Below are positions 21,397-32,218 of a stretch of 64,000 nucleotides of DNA, one piece after another. Source of the DNA: Candidatus Marinacidobacterales bacterium (GTDB lineage: Bacteria; Acidobacteriota; Vicinamibacteria; Marinacidobacterales; DATDRI01); contig CBDCNP010000002.1 in the NCBI GenBank assembly GCA_965219415.1, forward strand, positions 1,504,001 to 1,568,000, read 5' to 3'. The translations under genes and the position numbers were made by a program. Under the pieces are notes generated by a model. The model was not told the DNA's origin. It saw nothing but the letters and a program-made list of their open reading frames with translations, and did no database searches. Numbering within the stretch: position 1 is the first letter of the stretch; the number at the start of each line of letters is the position of its first letter.

Positions 21397-22888
21397 CTAT
21401 TTCTTGATCGATCCCACCCAGCCCTGTAGCTGCTTGGAGGCAATATCTCGCCCTCCCAGCCCGAACGCCAGGGCGGCAGCGACCGCGACCGAGCCCAGCA
21501 GGATGCCGAAGGCTAGCTCTATGATCTCGTTGGCCAGTCCCATCTGTCGCAACGCGATCGCGCCGGACAAGATGATGATCGAGATGCGAGCTACCACGGC
21601 GAACAGCCCAGCCTGAGCCGACGAGCTCGCCTCGATCGTACTGGCAGCCAGGTTGGCGAGATAGAGACCCACTCCAAAAACGACCAACCCTAGGACTACC
21701 TGTCCCGCGAACACGACGAATCCCGACACCAAAGCCGCCAGACTCGCGAAGCCGAGTAGCCCAGCTGCTTCGATAGAGGCGAAGAGCATGATGCCGACCA
21801 GGATGAGATAGCCCCCGATGGCGGAAGGAGTGCGATCGGCTTTCGAGATTTGCCGACCTTGGCTAGGCCGATCCGGTCCAGCACATTGTCGAACCCAGCT
21901 CCCGCCAAGAGATTGCTGACGAGCGACGAGACGAGCCGGCCTTACGACGTACGCCAGCGTCAAGAGGATCGCCGCGGCGAAGATCGAGGGAATCGCAGCC
22001 ATGAGACTCGCCAACATGTTGCTGGCCGGGCGAGTGACAGCCTCGAGCGCCAAGGCATTGAGAGAAGAGATCAACACCGGGACCAGGATGAGAACGTAGA
22101 CGATCAACCCCAGAAGGCCAGAAAGCTGGCGAGTCCCCAGTGCCTTACTGATCCCGACCTTCTCGCCCAAGCGATCGGCATCGAGGGCGGCAAGTAGGTT
22201 GGTGACGATTCGCTGCACGACCCGGGGCGATGAACCAGCCGACCGCGAGGATGACGCCCGCCGCCAGAATGTTCGGCAAGAAGCTGAGAATCTTATCGAC
22301 CAGATTCTGTACCGGAGTCAGCAACCCTTCCAGTGGGAGTGCTGACAGGATGGCAGGAAGAAAAAGGAGGAAGACGAGCCAGTAAACGGCGTCCGCCAAC
22401 GTTTTGCTCAGTGGCGCGGCCTTGTCTCTCTTCAGGCCCGCCTCGCCGCCGAGGCGCTCATCGAGTTTGGCCATTTCGAGCGCGCCACTCACGATCTTTC
22501 TGAGGAGCGTCGCCAATAGCCAGGCGGTCAAAACCAGAACCCCAGCCCCAATAAGCTTGGGTATGTACTCGAAGAGCTGATTTAAAAAAGCGGTAAGCGG
22601 CTGACTTATGACGGTGAGCTGCAGAGCGTTGAAAAACCCCACCACTGCAAAGATCAAAATTATGTAGTAGACGGCCTTGGCGGCCCATCTTCTCGACTTC
22701 GAAGCTTTTGACCTTCTTTTCGTCCAGAATCCATTCCGCGAGTCGATTGTCCAGAGTCGTGCGTTTGAGCGCTCCCCTGGTAATGGCTGCCCCCAAAAGG
22801 GCTGACCAAGGCGCCTAGAATGCGGACGACTTGGGGGCCAAGTAGCGCTGTCAGCTGAGCGATAGTTTCCTGCATCATTTCCCTGCAT
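21397..22888 (-). pseudogene. Mechanosensitive-channel/CmpX-like TM-helix repeat membrane protein, frameshifted
   Basis: Repeated YIPKLIGA / FLPNILAA / AIPSIFAA units and C-terminal ALAFGLGGR. Split over ORFs 22660-22911, 22458-22796, 22145-22888, 21696-21908, 21397-22218. Confidence 0.85.
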
Positions 22889-22928
22889 AGCTCTCCCTCC
22901 TTATGAATCAAGTAATTAGCACGTGTGT

Positions 22929-22973
22929 CCTATTTGGGGATCCGACGTCTGTCACATCCGGAGATCTGACCCC
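22929..22973. repeat. Dispersed 45-bp intergenic repeat (copy 1), TCTGACCCC-type REP-like
   Basis: 39/45 identical to 60612-60656. An extra TCTGACCC follows near 22991. Confidence 0.8.
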
Positions 22974-23024
22974 TGTCCTGTGTTCACAAATCTGACCCGT
23001 GTCTCAGGCGCCCCGAATCCTCTA

Positions 23025-24224
23025 TCAGGTGACCTTGGCCTTGGCCCCAGGTGGAAGCGCATGGCGCTCATAGGCCTTGGTCTCCAGAATCTCTCCAATC
23101 TCTTCAATCGTTAGATCTAGCTCTTCGTCTTTGGTGTAGAAATGCGGTGACACACGGATGCCAGCATGGGGGCGATAATCCACGAGGAAATCCCGCCTCA
23201 AGAGCTCGCGCGAGACCTCGTACGCATGAGGCACCATGATCGACACCGTACCCCCGCGGCGCGAGGGGTCGGCAGGCGTTCGCGTCTCGTAGCCTTTCTC
23301 CGCAGCGAGCTCCATCAGCCGCGAAGTCTGCCGCGTGGACTTCTCCCGAATCTTCTCAACGCCGATCTCGGAAACGATTCGGCAGCCCGGCTCGACGGCA
23401 TAGAGCGCGGGGACACCTGGAGTTCCGTTCAAGAACCGGTAGCCGTCTTCCCGATACTGAATCGCTCCAGTCTCGAAATCGAACGGATGCGGATGTGCCA
23501 TCCACCCCGTCAATCGCGGCTCCAGCTTCTGCACCAGATCCGGTCGCACATAGAGGAACGCTCCTCCCGGTCCTCCGCAAAGCCACTTGAGCACGCCGCC
23601 CACCGCGAAGTCGGCGTCGAGCTCCTTGATGTCGAAGGGGACGATCCCGGCGGACTGAAAAACATCCAGGATAACGTAAGCCCCCATCTGGTGGGCATGC
23701 TCGATGATGGCGCGACCATCCTGTACGTAGGCGCTTTGGAATAGAACGTGTGAGATCGGAACCAGCAGCGTCCTCTCGTCGATGGCGGCGATAACCTTCT
23801 CGGTGGGGACACTGATGCCGTCTTCAGATTTCACCATGACGACTTTCGCTCCCCGGCTCTTCTGCGCCTCGTGGAGGTACATCACCGAAGGAAAGTTCAT
23901 GTCGGTGTAAACGATCCGATTGCGGGGCGGCTCGAAGTCGAAACACGAGGTCACGATGGCTTCGGCGATCGTCACGTTCTGGTGCATCGTGATTTCGCCG
24001 GGCGCGGCGCCAATGATTTCGCCGACGAGGTTCCCGACCGCAACCGGCATATCCATCCAGCCGTCCCCCCAGGCACGGATACCGCGCGTCGACCAGGTGT
24101 CCGCGTACTCGCGCATGCGGTCATAGACCCCGCGGGGCATCGCGCCCAACGAGTTGCTGATCATGTAGACAGTGTTCTGGAGAATGGGAAACTGGGGCCG
24201 CCAGCTGAGAAGGTCGTCCATCAC
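23025..24224 (-). CDS. Kynureninase-like class V PLP enzyme
   Basis: YMISNSLGAMP, NFPSV, ILDVFQSAG, GGVLKWLCGGPG, LTGWMAH, FLNGTP, DYRP. Confidence 0.88.
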   Translation of the reverse strand: MMDDLLSWRPQFPILQNTVYMISNSLGAMPRGVYDRMREYADTWSTRGIRAWGDGWMDMPVAVGNLVGEIIGAAPGEITMHQNVTIAEAIVTSCFDFEPPRNRIVYTDMNFPSVMYLHEAQKSRGAKVVMVKSEDGISVPTEKVIAAIDERTLLVPISHVLFQSAYVQDGRAIIEHAHQMGAYVILDVFQSAGIVPFDIKELDADFAVGGVLKWLCGGPGGAFLYVRPDLVQKLEPRLTGWMAHPHPFDFETGAIQYREDGYRFLNGTPGVPALYAVEPGCRIVSEIGVEKIREKSTRQTSRLMELAAEKGYETRTPADPSRRGGTVSIMVPHAYEVSRELLRRDFLVDYRPHAGIRVSPHFYTKDEELDLTIEEIGEILETKAYERHALPPGAKAKVT

Positions 24225-24289
24225 GAATTAAGGCATTTTTCGTAATCGTTCTTGCCCTTACCGGGGAGAACAGACTCCGACTCGCTCAT
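24221..24289 (-). pseudogene. 22-codon remnant resembling a tryptophan 2,3-dioxygenase N-terminus
   Basis: Strong RBS AGGAGG. MSESESVLPGKGKNDYEKCLNS*, with its stop overlapping the kynureninase-like start. Resembles the PG.G..DYE.YL start of some bacterial TDOs. Confidence 0.5.
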
Positions 24290-24391
24290 TGAAAAGCCTC
24301 CTGGGCAGGACCCAGGAGATTATATGCGGGCTCCGGGGCCCCGACAACCACACATTGTTATCGCTGCGCGAGGGTACTAAACTACAGCCCG

Positions 24392-25793
24392 TTGCGTTAC
24401 CGCTTTGCCGACTTCATCCTCTCCCCTTCGCACCGGACCCTTCTTCGCGAGGGCAAAGAAGCTCCCATTATTCCTCGCTATTTCGATCTCTTGCAGCTCC
24501 TCATTGCGAGGCGAAACGAGGCCGTCCACCGCCAGGAGATTCTGGATACAGTTTGGAAAGGATGTGATCGTCTCGGATGGCGCCCTCACTCAGGCAGTCA
24601 GAACCCTAAGGCGAACCCTGGGCGACGATTCCAAGGAGCCCGTTTTCATCCGTACCGTATCGCGCCACGGCTATCGGTTCGTTTTCGCCGATGTCGTCGA
24701 AGAAACCGACGACACTCCTCTATCGATCGCACCGCCTTCCATAAAGCAGTCTGGCGAGTCCGAAGACGACGCCTGGGAATCCGTCCTCGAGCGGCTGCTC
24801 ATCCCGAGCTCCGGTGCGGCAGAGCCCGACGACGATGACAGCCAACGGGAAGCGGCGGAAGCACTTCATCTTCTTGGCACGTCCGAGGCGCTTCGACGGC
24901 TGGATCGACGGAAGGGACATGCGCAGGCTCGCGCTCTCCTCAGAGACACCCGCTGGGATGTGCCGACCGCCGAGCCGGTGCCGCTGCTAGGTGAGCCGGG
25001 TGGCGTTGCCGCCGCTTATCATCTTGTCGTGCTGCGACTCCGACGCGCGCTCCGTCTTGCAGGCGGTCGCTGGGTCGCCGCCGCAACGGGTGGTGCGTTG
25101 GCGGGCCTGGTTTGCGGGAGTTGCGGGCGGCCTCGTGCTTCGGTTCGGCCCCGGTTCCGTCGCAAGCGACGGCGTTCTCATCGCCTTGGCGATGGTGGGG
25201 TTCGTCATCGGAGGCGCGGGCGCGGCTGGCGTGGGGGCGGGATTAGCGGCTGCCGAAGCTGTTTTTCGATCGTTCCGTGGGGCCCCGCACTCGTGGTCAT
25301 GGGTGCGCTCGGGGGCGGCACGATTGGCGTTGCGGCGCATCTCCTCGGCCGCTTGACGCTAGAAGGCCTCTTCGGTCGAGACCTCTCGCCTGTCGCGGGG
25401 GGGTTCGAAGGGGTCGTGCTCGGAGGAGCAGCCGGGCTCGGTTACGCGCTTGGGACACCCCGAGCAGAAGGCGGGATGGCGACGCCCTTGGGAAGCACGC
25501 GGCTCTTCACCGCGCTTCTAACGGGAACCTGCTGCGCGCTCGGTGCCCTATGGCTCGGCTGGCAAGGAAGCTACTTGGGCGCCATGAGCTTGGACTTCAT
25601 GGCTCATTCTTTCCCCGGTTCTCAAGTGAGCTTGGATCCCTTGGCACGACTACTCGGCGAATCCAGCGCAGGAACGCTCACCCGAACGATGATCAGTGCC
25701 GGCGAGGGACTGATGTTCGGCTTCGGCCTCGCCCTGGGGCTGACCCACCGATCACGCCGACGCCCGCGGCGACCGCCTCCCCCGCTCATCTAA
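24392..25793 (+). pseudogene. CadC/ToxR-like winged-helix regulator with multi-TM C-terminus, frameshifted
   Basis: YRFADFIL..LLREG..PRYFDLL..ILDTVW / DVIVSDGALTQAVRTLRRTLGDD..FIRTVSRHGYRF. Gly/Ala-rich TM helices. Segments in ORFs 24392, 24405 and 24991. Confidence 0.85.
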
Positions 25794-25829
25794 GCCTCAC
25801 TCACCTCTCACATTCCTATCATTTCTTGC
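25786..25829 (+). promoter_or_regulatory. Putative wHTH operator: four TCA(C/T) half-sites at 11-bp period
   Basis: TCATCTAAGCC TCACTCACCTC TCACATTCCTA TCATTTCTTGC, with TCA at 25786, 25797, 25808 and 25819, upstream of yjbQ. Confidence 0.6.
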
Positions 25830-25878
25830 CGGCTGCGCTCGGCTACCGTGGAAAGAGCGCGTCGGGAGGGAGAAGATT

Positions 25879-26389
25879 ATGTCGATCGATCTATTTGTCA
25901 GCGAAACCGTCGGGTCCACTTTCAAAGTCTGCAATGACCTCGTTCACTTGAATACCGAGGAGCGTTGTCAATTCATTGATCTTACCGAGCTTGTAAGAGA
26001 GAGAGTAAGACGGTCGGGAGTGACCTACGGGTTCGTCAACGTCCACACCAAGCACACGACGACCGCGCTTCTCGTCAACGAGAACGAGCCCCTGTTGCTC
26101 GAAGACTTCCAAGAGCTGATGGAGCGATGGGCTCCGCAAGGCAGACCGTACCGCCACAACCACCTTGAGGCTCGACTCGAGGCACCACCCGGCGAGAGAC
26201 CGAACGGCCACTCCCATGCCCGCGCCCTTCTGCTCGGCATGTCCGTGAGTCTCAATATCACCGAAGGAAGAGATTCACCTCGGCGAGTTCCAGAACATCT
26301 TTCTCGTCGAGCTCGATGGGGTGAGGCGCAGAACGGTATCCATCCTCGTGCTCGGGTTGAGCGGGAACCCAGAGGAATCCCCGAGATGA
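25879..26389 (+). pseudogene. yjbQ: YjbQ/UPF0047 family protein (frameshift near 26270)
   Basis: FIDLTE, HTTTALLVNENE, YRHN, NGHSHARA. Continues in the shifted frame as IHLGEFQNIFLVELDG and ends at TGA 26387-26389, overlapping the next ATG. Confidence 0.85.
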
Positions 26390-27868
26390 AGGTCAAGATG
26401 ATCCTCCCCGCCCTCACGGAAGCCAAGAGCCCGTTCTTTCGTCCCATCAAGTACTCGCTTTTCCCACCCCTAGGTCTGGCAACGCTGGCTGGCTATCTGA
26501 ACGATGACGACGAGGTCGAAATCCGAGACGGGCACGTCGAAACGCTGACGCCCTCCGATGAGCCAGATCTGGTCGTGATCCAGGTTTACATTACGTCCGC
26601 CCATCGAGCTTACCGGCTTGCCGATCACTATCGGCGCAAAGGGGCGCACGTTGCCCTCGGGGGGTTGCACGTCACGTCACTCCCCGAGGAGGCTGCCCGG
26701 CATGCGGACTCGATCTTTCTAGGTCCGGGTGAGGACACGTGGCCTCGATTCTTGAAGGACTTCCGTGCTCGTTGTCCAAAGACTATCTACCAATCTCGAG
26801 TCCGAACGCTGGACGGTCTCCCTATCGTCCGACGCGATTTGATCAAACGACATCTCTACCTCGTCCCGAACTCGATCGTGGTCTCGCGCGGCTGCCCACA
26901 CGTCTGCGATTTCTGCTACAAGGTCGCCTTCTTCCAGGAGGGGAAGGGTTTCTACACGCAGCGCGTGGACGCCGCGCTCTCTGAGATCGATCGCCTTCCG
27001 GGACACCATTTGTATTTTCTTGACGATCACCTGTTGGGGGACGTCAAGTTCGCCACCGCGCTACTCGACGGAATGCGAGGCATGGGCCGCCTCTGGCAGG
27101 CGGCGGGACCGTCCAGTCGGTGCTGAAGCCGCGGCTTCTCGAGAAGGCTGTGCGATGTGGCCTTCGCAGCCTATTCGTAGGTTTCGAAACCCTGAGCCCC
27201 AAGAGTCTCCGCGAGCAGAGGAAGCACCAAAACGTGCACCAGGACTACCGCGCCGCGGTGCGGCGCCTACACGATCTTGGAGTGATGGTGAACGGAAGCT
27301 TCGTCTTCGGAATGGACGACGACGGCGGTACCGCCATCTCGCGCATCGTGGAGTGGGCCATCGAACAAGGAATCGAGACCGCGACGTTTCATATTCTGAC
27401 TCCGTATCCGGGGACGGCTCTTTTCAAGCGGATGGAGAGTCAGGGGCGCATCGTCCACCGAAATTGGACCCTCTACGACACACGGCACGTCGTATTTCGT
27501 CCGCGCGGCATCGGGGCCGAGGCCCTGGAGGCGGGATACTGGCGTGCGTACCGAGACTTCTACCGCTGGGGATCCATCCTGCGTGGCGCTTCCCACAAGG
27601 AGACATGGACGGGACGGTTGCGTCACGTTGCGTACGCCGGGGGATGGAAGAAGCTCGAACCGATGTGGGATGGGGCATCCGTGCGCGCCAGCTTGGCAGG
27701 ATGTTGCCAGTCCTCGAGGGTGTTCTGTCGGGACTACAGCAAGCGGGCGGCGCCGGCAAAAGAAACCATCTCACCCGCGGATTGGAACCGTTCCGAAGGA
27801 TCCTTGGCCATCGCGTGCAGGACGAGCTCGTCGAGCGCCGCCGGCACATCGAGGCCGCGCGATCGTAA
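26386..27868 (+). pseudogene. B12-binding-domain radical SAM protein, frameshifted
   Basis: MKVKMILPA..PPLGLATLA, GGLHVT, SRGCPHVCDFC (CX3CX2C), FVGFETL, GSFVFGMD, ILTPYPGT. Frameshifts near 27110 and 27670; the 3' end is approximate. Confidence 0.88.
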
Positions 27869-30123
27869 CGAGGGGACCGGCGCGAAGAGGTGTTGCTGGA
27901 CGAGATTGCCTTCGACAAACGGTGCTTGGCCAAGGAGTAGCTCATAGAGCGCGGCTCCTAGCGAGTAGATATCGGAGCGCGCATCACTAGGCTCTCCGCG
28001 AGCTTGCTCGGGCGCAATGTATTTCGGAGTTCCGGCGACGATCCCCGCCAGGCCTTTGATCGATCGGCATGGACAAGCCAAAGTCGACGATCTTTACCCG
28101 GTCCTCGTTCGTCAAGAGGAGGTTTGACGGTTTCGGGTCTCGATGCACGATCCCTCGGTGATGTGCGTGGTCGAGGCCCTGACAAACTGAAACGAGAAGG
28201 TGCATCGTTTCGGCGATGGTCAGACGTTTTTTCTTCTTGAGCAGTGCGGCGTAGCTTTCTCCTTCGATAAGCTCCATGCAGATGAAGGTACTCCCGTTGG
28301 CGAATCCGATATCGTGGACGGTGATGATGTTCGGGTGATTGAGCCCCGCCGCGGCACGTGCCTCATCGATGAGCTGACGCCGTGCCTCCGGCTCCCCAGC
28401 CAACTTCTCCGACAGGACTTTATAGGCCACCGCGCGCTTCAATAAGTTGTCGAAGGCTCGATACACCGAGCCCATCCCGCCCTCGCCCAAGAGGTTTTGG
28501 ATCTCATACCTTGCACCGTCTTGTAGGTCGCTGGGGCTGCGGAACGCACCCTCCTGCTGCTCCTGCTCCTTGATTTGCTCCAGCAAGCGGCGATGCCGAG
28601 AGCCTACGTCTCCATAGTTGTGCTTCACGGCGAGAATCCTGTGGAGCAGGTCGGCCGCCATTTTGAGATTGCCCTGCGATTCGTACGCCTGGGCGAGAAG
28701 ATCCCACAGGTTCAACTCCTCGACCTGAACCTCCTTGCCGGCTCGAATCGAATCGAGCTTGTCGACGGCTAGGGAACCCCAACCTCGGGCGATGAAACTC
28801 TTGGCGAGCGCTTCGACCGCCATCCGATAGTTCTCGTGCCCAGGCTCGACTCGCTGTAGAAGCTCTACTCTTTGGTCTTCCGAGGATTTGCCTCCTAGCT
28901 GGGCAGCCTCGAAGAAGCGTCCCGATTCGGCAAAGAGATCCATCGCTCGATCGGAATCTCCAATGTCCCGATAGATCTCCGCGGCCTTGTCCAGATCATT
29001 GGCCTTTTCGAGCAAGGCAGCGGCGCGGGCTCTCGCACCCGCTCGCATGGCGGCATCCGCGGCTTCGGAGTATGCCTCGACCGCTTCGTAGCAATCTGCC
29101 GCTGACTCGAATTGCTCGATGCTGACAAAAATCTCTGCCGCCCGCACATGATCCCCGCCGCGGAGAAAAGCCTCGGCAGCCAACTGGTGGTCCCCTTCAT
29201 CAAGCGCCTGCTCTCCGCGAAGAGAATCTGCTGAACGATCGTCCCCGGCTCTCTTGAACATCTCGATGGCACGCGAAGTCTCCGCCGCCGCGTTGTAGAG
29301 CTCGGCGGCACGCCGGTATTCCTCCAACTTTTCTGCAACCTCTGCAGCGGCGCTGTATTCGCCAGCTTCCTCGAGCAGCGTGGCAGCTTCGGGAAGTTTC
29401 CCGACTTTTTCGAAACACCGAGCGGCGAGGATCGAAAGCTTCCGCCTCCGGTCTCTCGGCCCTTCGGCGAGATACCGTGCTTCGACGCCGGCGTCGGTGA
29501 TTCGTGATTTATAGGCCAACGCCGCGAGCAAGAACTCCCCCGCCTTCTCGAACGCTTCGCCCGCCTGAACGTGGCGTCCACTTTGTTCGTAGATTTTCCC
29601 GGCGCGGACGAAATCGCCCGTCTTCTCGAAGGCCGCCGCCGCCTTGGAGTAGTGATGTCCTTTGCTATAGGCCTCCGCAGCCTTCGGATTGTTGTCCGGC
29701 CCCTTCCAAGGCATCGCCCGCTTCCAAGAAGTGACCGCCCTCCGCGAAGAGCTCCGCAGCACGAACGGGGTTGCCGGTCTCCATGAATACCGCCGCGGCC
29801 TTGTCGAAGGCGCCGACCTCAGCGAACAACTCGGCGGCACGTTCGTCCTCGCTCGACTGCTTCAGCAATTCCGCCGCCTGCACTTTGTCGCCCGCAAGCA
29901 GGAAATACTTCACGGCAAGGTCGGCGCGGTCCATTCGCAGGGCGAGCTCGGCGCACAAGGTATAGTCTCGGGCCCTATTGTACCGTTCGAGCACACCCTG
30001 CAGATCACCGACCCGTTCGTAGCAGTTCCCGGCCCGACGCCAATCGCCCTCCTCCTCAGCACGCCGGGCCTCGCGGACGTGGTCCAGCGACTGCTCTCCC
30101 AGCATGTTCTTGAGCCAAGCCAT
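27734..30123 (-). pseudogene. TPR/SNAP-like repeat Ser/Thr protein kinase, frameshifted
   Basis: Long (K/R)AAE.(F/Y)E..G repeat region, then LLGEGGMG, HRDPKPSN (L>P), DFG, GTPKYIAPE. ORFs 29665-30123, 27987-29840, 27734-28081. Confidence 0.88.
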
Positions 30124-30284
30124 AGCGATCTCGGCCGCTCGGTAGGAGCGACCAATCCCTCCTCGGAACGGTATTTCATCCCGCTAAGAGCTGAATTTCC
30201 TTGGGATCTATGCGGTAATTTTAGGTTTGAGAATATTCTACCAGCCGAGAGAGCCCAGCACTATCGCGACATCTGGTGCCTCAA

Positions 30285-30523
30285 TGCGCGCTCACTCCTC
30301 GTTCCCGCCGTAGTTCTCGACGATTCGCGTCCAACGAAGGCGGACGCGCGCTTGGCGCCTCGCTCATCGCTCGACTACCTGTCGTCGGCCCACTCGGGCC
30401 GGGCTCGCTCCATTTCTTAGTGCGGCGGGGCCCCACCCCCACCGCTGTCCCTTCGCCGGCATGCGGCTTCGGGACAGCTGACGGCTCTTCGCGCAGGGTG
30501 CACTGAATCCGTGAGCACCCTGC
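30285..30523. repeat. Mosaic of REP-like hairpins (BIME-like)
   Basis: TGCGCGCTCACTCCTCGTT...CGCGCGCTTG.CGCCTCGCTC.TCGCTCG is shared with 37783-37837. Stems CCGCCGTAGTT/AACGAAGGCGG, GCTGTCCC/GGGACAGC, GCAGGGTGC/GCACCCTGC. Confidence 0.7.
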
Positions 30524-30531
30524 TGGCGGCG

Positions 30532-31506
30532 CTAGCCGGGCCTGCCAGGATGCAGGCTTTCTTGATGCGTGAAGTTGAGCTGTTCTTTGATCAAGTACGT
30601 CGGACGAGCCTTGGTCTCCTCGAAGAGTCGACCGATGTACTCACCGAGAATGCCCATGCCGACGAGCTGAGTGCCGGAAAGAAAGAAGATGGCGAGAATG
30701 AGAGAAGTCCACCCCGGAGCCTGCCGAGGGTTGTACCCCAGGATGGTCGTATCGGTCACGTACTGCAGAAAAAACAGAAAGGCGGCGGTAAACGAAAGCA
30801 CGCCGATGAGAATGCCGACGATTGCCAGCACCCGAAGCGGCTTGAAGGAGAAGTTCACGATGCCGTCGAGAGCCAAGTTCAACAAACTGGCGAAGGTGTA
30901 CTTCGGCCTTCCGGCTTCACGCGCCCCTCGCTCGTACTCGAGCCCTGCTTGGTGATAGCCCACCCAAGTGCGCAGACCCCGCACGAAACGGTTGCGCTCA
31001 GGAAGCGTGTTCATAGTGTCGACCACCCGTCGACTCATGACGCAGAAGTCGCCCGAGTCGAGGGGGATGTCGACCGAGGCGAGTGACCTCAACAAGCGAT
31101 AGTAAAACCAATAGCTAATACGCTTGAGTGGACCTTCCTTGCGGTGCGTCCGGACGGCATAGACGACGTCGTAGCCTTCTCGGCACTTGTCGATGAACGC
31201 TTTGAGCTCCTCGGGTGGGTCCTGTAGATCGGCATCCATGACCGCCACGACATCCCCCGAGGCGTAACACAGACCGGCGGTGACCGCGGACTGATGTCCG
31301 AAATTACGCGTGAAGCAAAGGACCTTGAAGCGCTTGTCTTCACTCGCGATGTCGCGCATTAATTCCAGAGAGCGGTCCCAGCTCCCATCGTCTATAAGGA
31401 TGCACTCGAAGTTCTCGTTCCACGAGGACGCCGCGGCGACGAGGCGCCGGTGAAGGATCGGTAGGCATTCGGACTCGTTATAGACGGGAATGACGATCGA
31501 GATCAC
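30532..31506 (-). CDS. GT2 glycosyltransferase (GtrB/ArnC-like, polyprenol-phosphate)
   Basis: ISIVIPVYNE, DDGS, RNFGHQ, MDADLQDPPE, GDFCVMSR, two C-terminal TMs, RPTY. Confidence 0.93.
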   Translation of the reverse strand: MISIVIPVYNESECLPILHRRLVAAASSWNENFECILIDDGSWDRSLELMRDIASEDKRFKVLCFTRNFGHQSAVTAGLCYASGDVVAVMDADLQDPPEELKAFIDKCREGYDVVYAVRTHRKEGPLKRISYWFYYRLLRSLASVDIPLDSGDFCVMSRRVVDTMNTLPERNRFVRGLRTWVGYHQAGLEYERGAREAGRPKYTFASLLNLALDGIVNFSFKPLRVLAIVGILIGVLSFTAAFLFFLQYVTDTTILGYNPRQAPGWTSLILAIFFLSGTQLVGMGILGEYIGRLFEETKARPTYLIKEQLNFTHQESLHPGRPG

Positions 31507-31561
31507 GTGGCTTATTTACCCGAGCCGCAGCTCGCAGGCAAACGGAGGTGAGTCGGATTCG

Positions 31562-32218
31562 CTAGCGAAACCGCTCTTCCTTCCACGGGTCGCCCCGCAT
31601 GTGATAACCGCCGCGTTCCCAGAAGCCAGCTTCGTCTTCCGAAAGGAGCTCGAAGGCCTTGATCCACTTGGCGCTCTTCCAAGCATAGCGCTTGGGTACG
31701 ACTAATCGGACCGGACCGCCGTGGTGGGAAGGGAGAGGTTGTCCGTCATGGGTATCGGCCAGCAGGGTGTCTTCGGTAAGCAAATCCTCGAGCCGAAGGT
31801 TGGTGCTGTAGCCCTGGTCGTGGCCATGCACCAGGACGAATCGCGCTCGGGGCGACGGCTCGGCTCGAGAAATCAGCTCCCGCGTCGAGACTCCTTCCCA
31901 GAGATTCCCCAGTCGTGACCAGCGGGTGACGCAGTGCATGTCGGCGAAAACTTTGACCCGGGGAAGTGCCCGCAGCCCTTTTAGATCCAGCGAGATCGGC
32001 GTTTGTACGAGACCCTTGACCTCGAACCGCCAACTGTCGCGCTCGATGCTGGGAGCCCCAGAGGCGTCCAGGACAGGCCACTTCTTGGTTCGAGCCTGAT
32101 TCGGGGGAATCCGATCCTCTCGAAGCGTGTCACTACTGATGATGACGCTCGGATCGTCTCTCGAGGCCTCTTGGGGTACGGGGACCGCCTCGGCCTGGAG
32201 CTTTTCCTTATCCAACAT
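31562..32218 (-). CDS. Sulfite oxidase-like molybdopterin oxidoreductase
   Basis: RIPPNQ, DMHCVTRWS, HGGPVRLVVP..YAWKSAKW, GFWERGGYH..GDPWKEER. Confidence 0.92.
   Translation of the reverse strand: MLDKEKLQAEAVPVPQEASRDDPSVIISSDTLREDRIPPNQARTKKWPVLDASGAPSIERDSWRFEVKGLVQTPISLDLKGLRALPRVKVFADMHCVTRWSRLGNLWEGVSTRELISRAEPSPRARFVLVHGHDQGYSTNLRLEDLLTEDTLLADTHDGQPLPSHHGGPVRLVVPKRYAWKSAKWIKAFELLSEDEAGFWERGGYHMRGDPWKEERFR

Noticed and set aside
25879-27126. Apparent 415-aa YjbQ-radical SAM fusion protein
   Set aside because: A frameshift near 26270 creates it. The true YjbQ C-terminus is in another frame and stops at an ATGA overlap with the radical SAM start.
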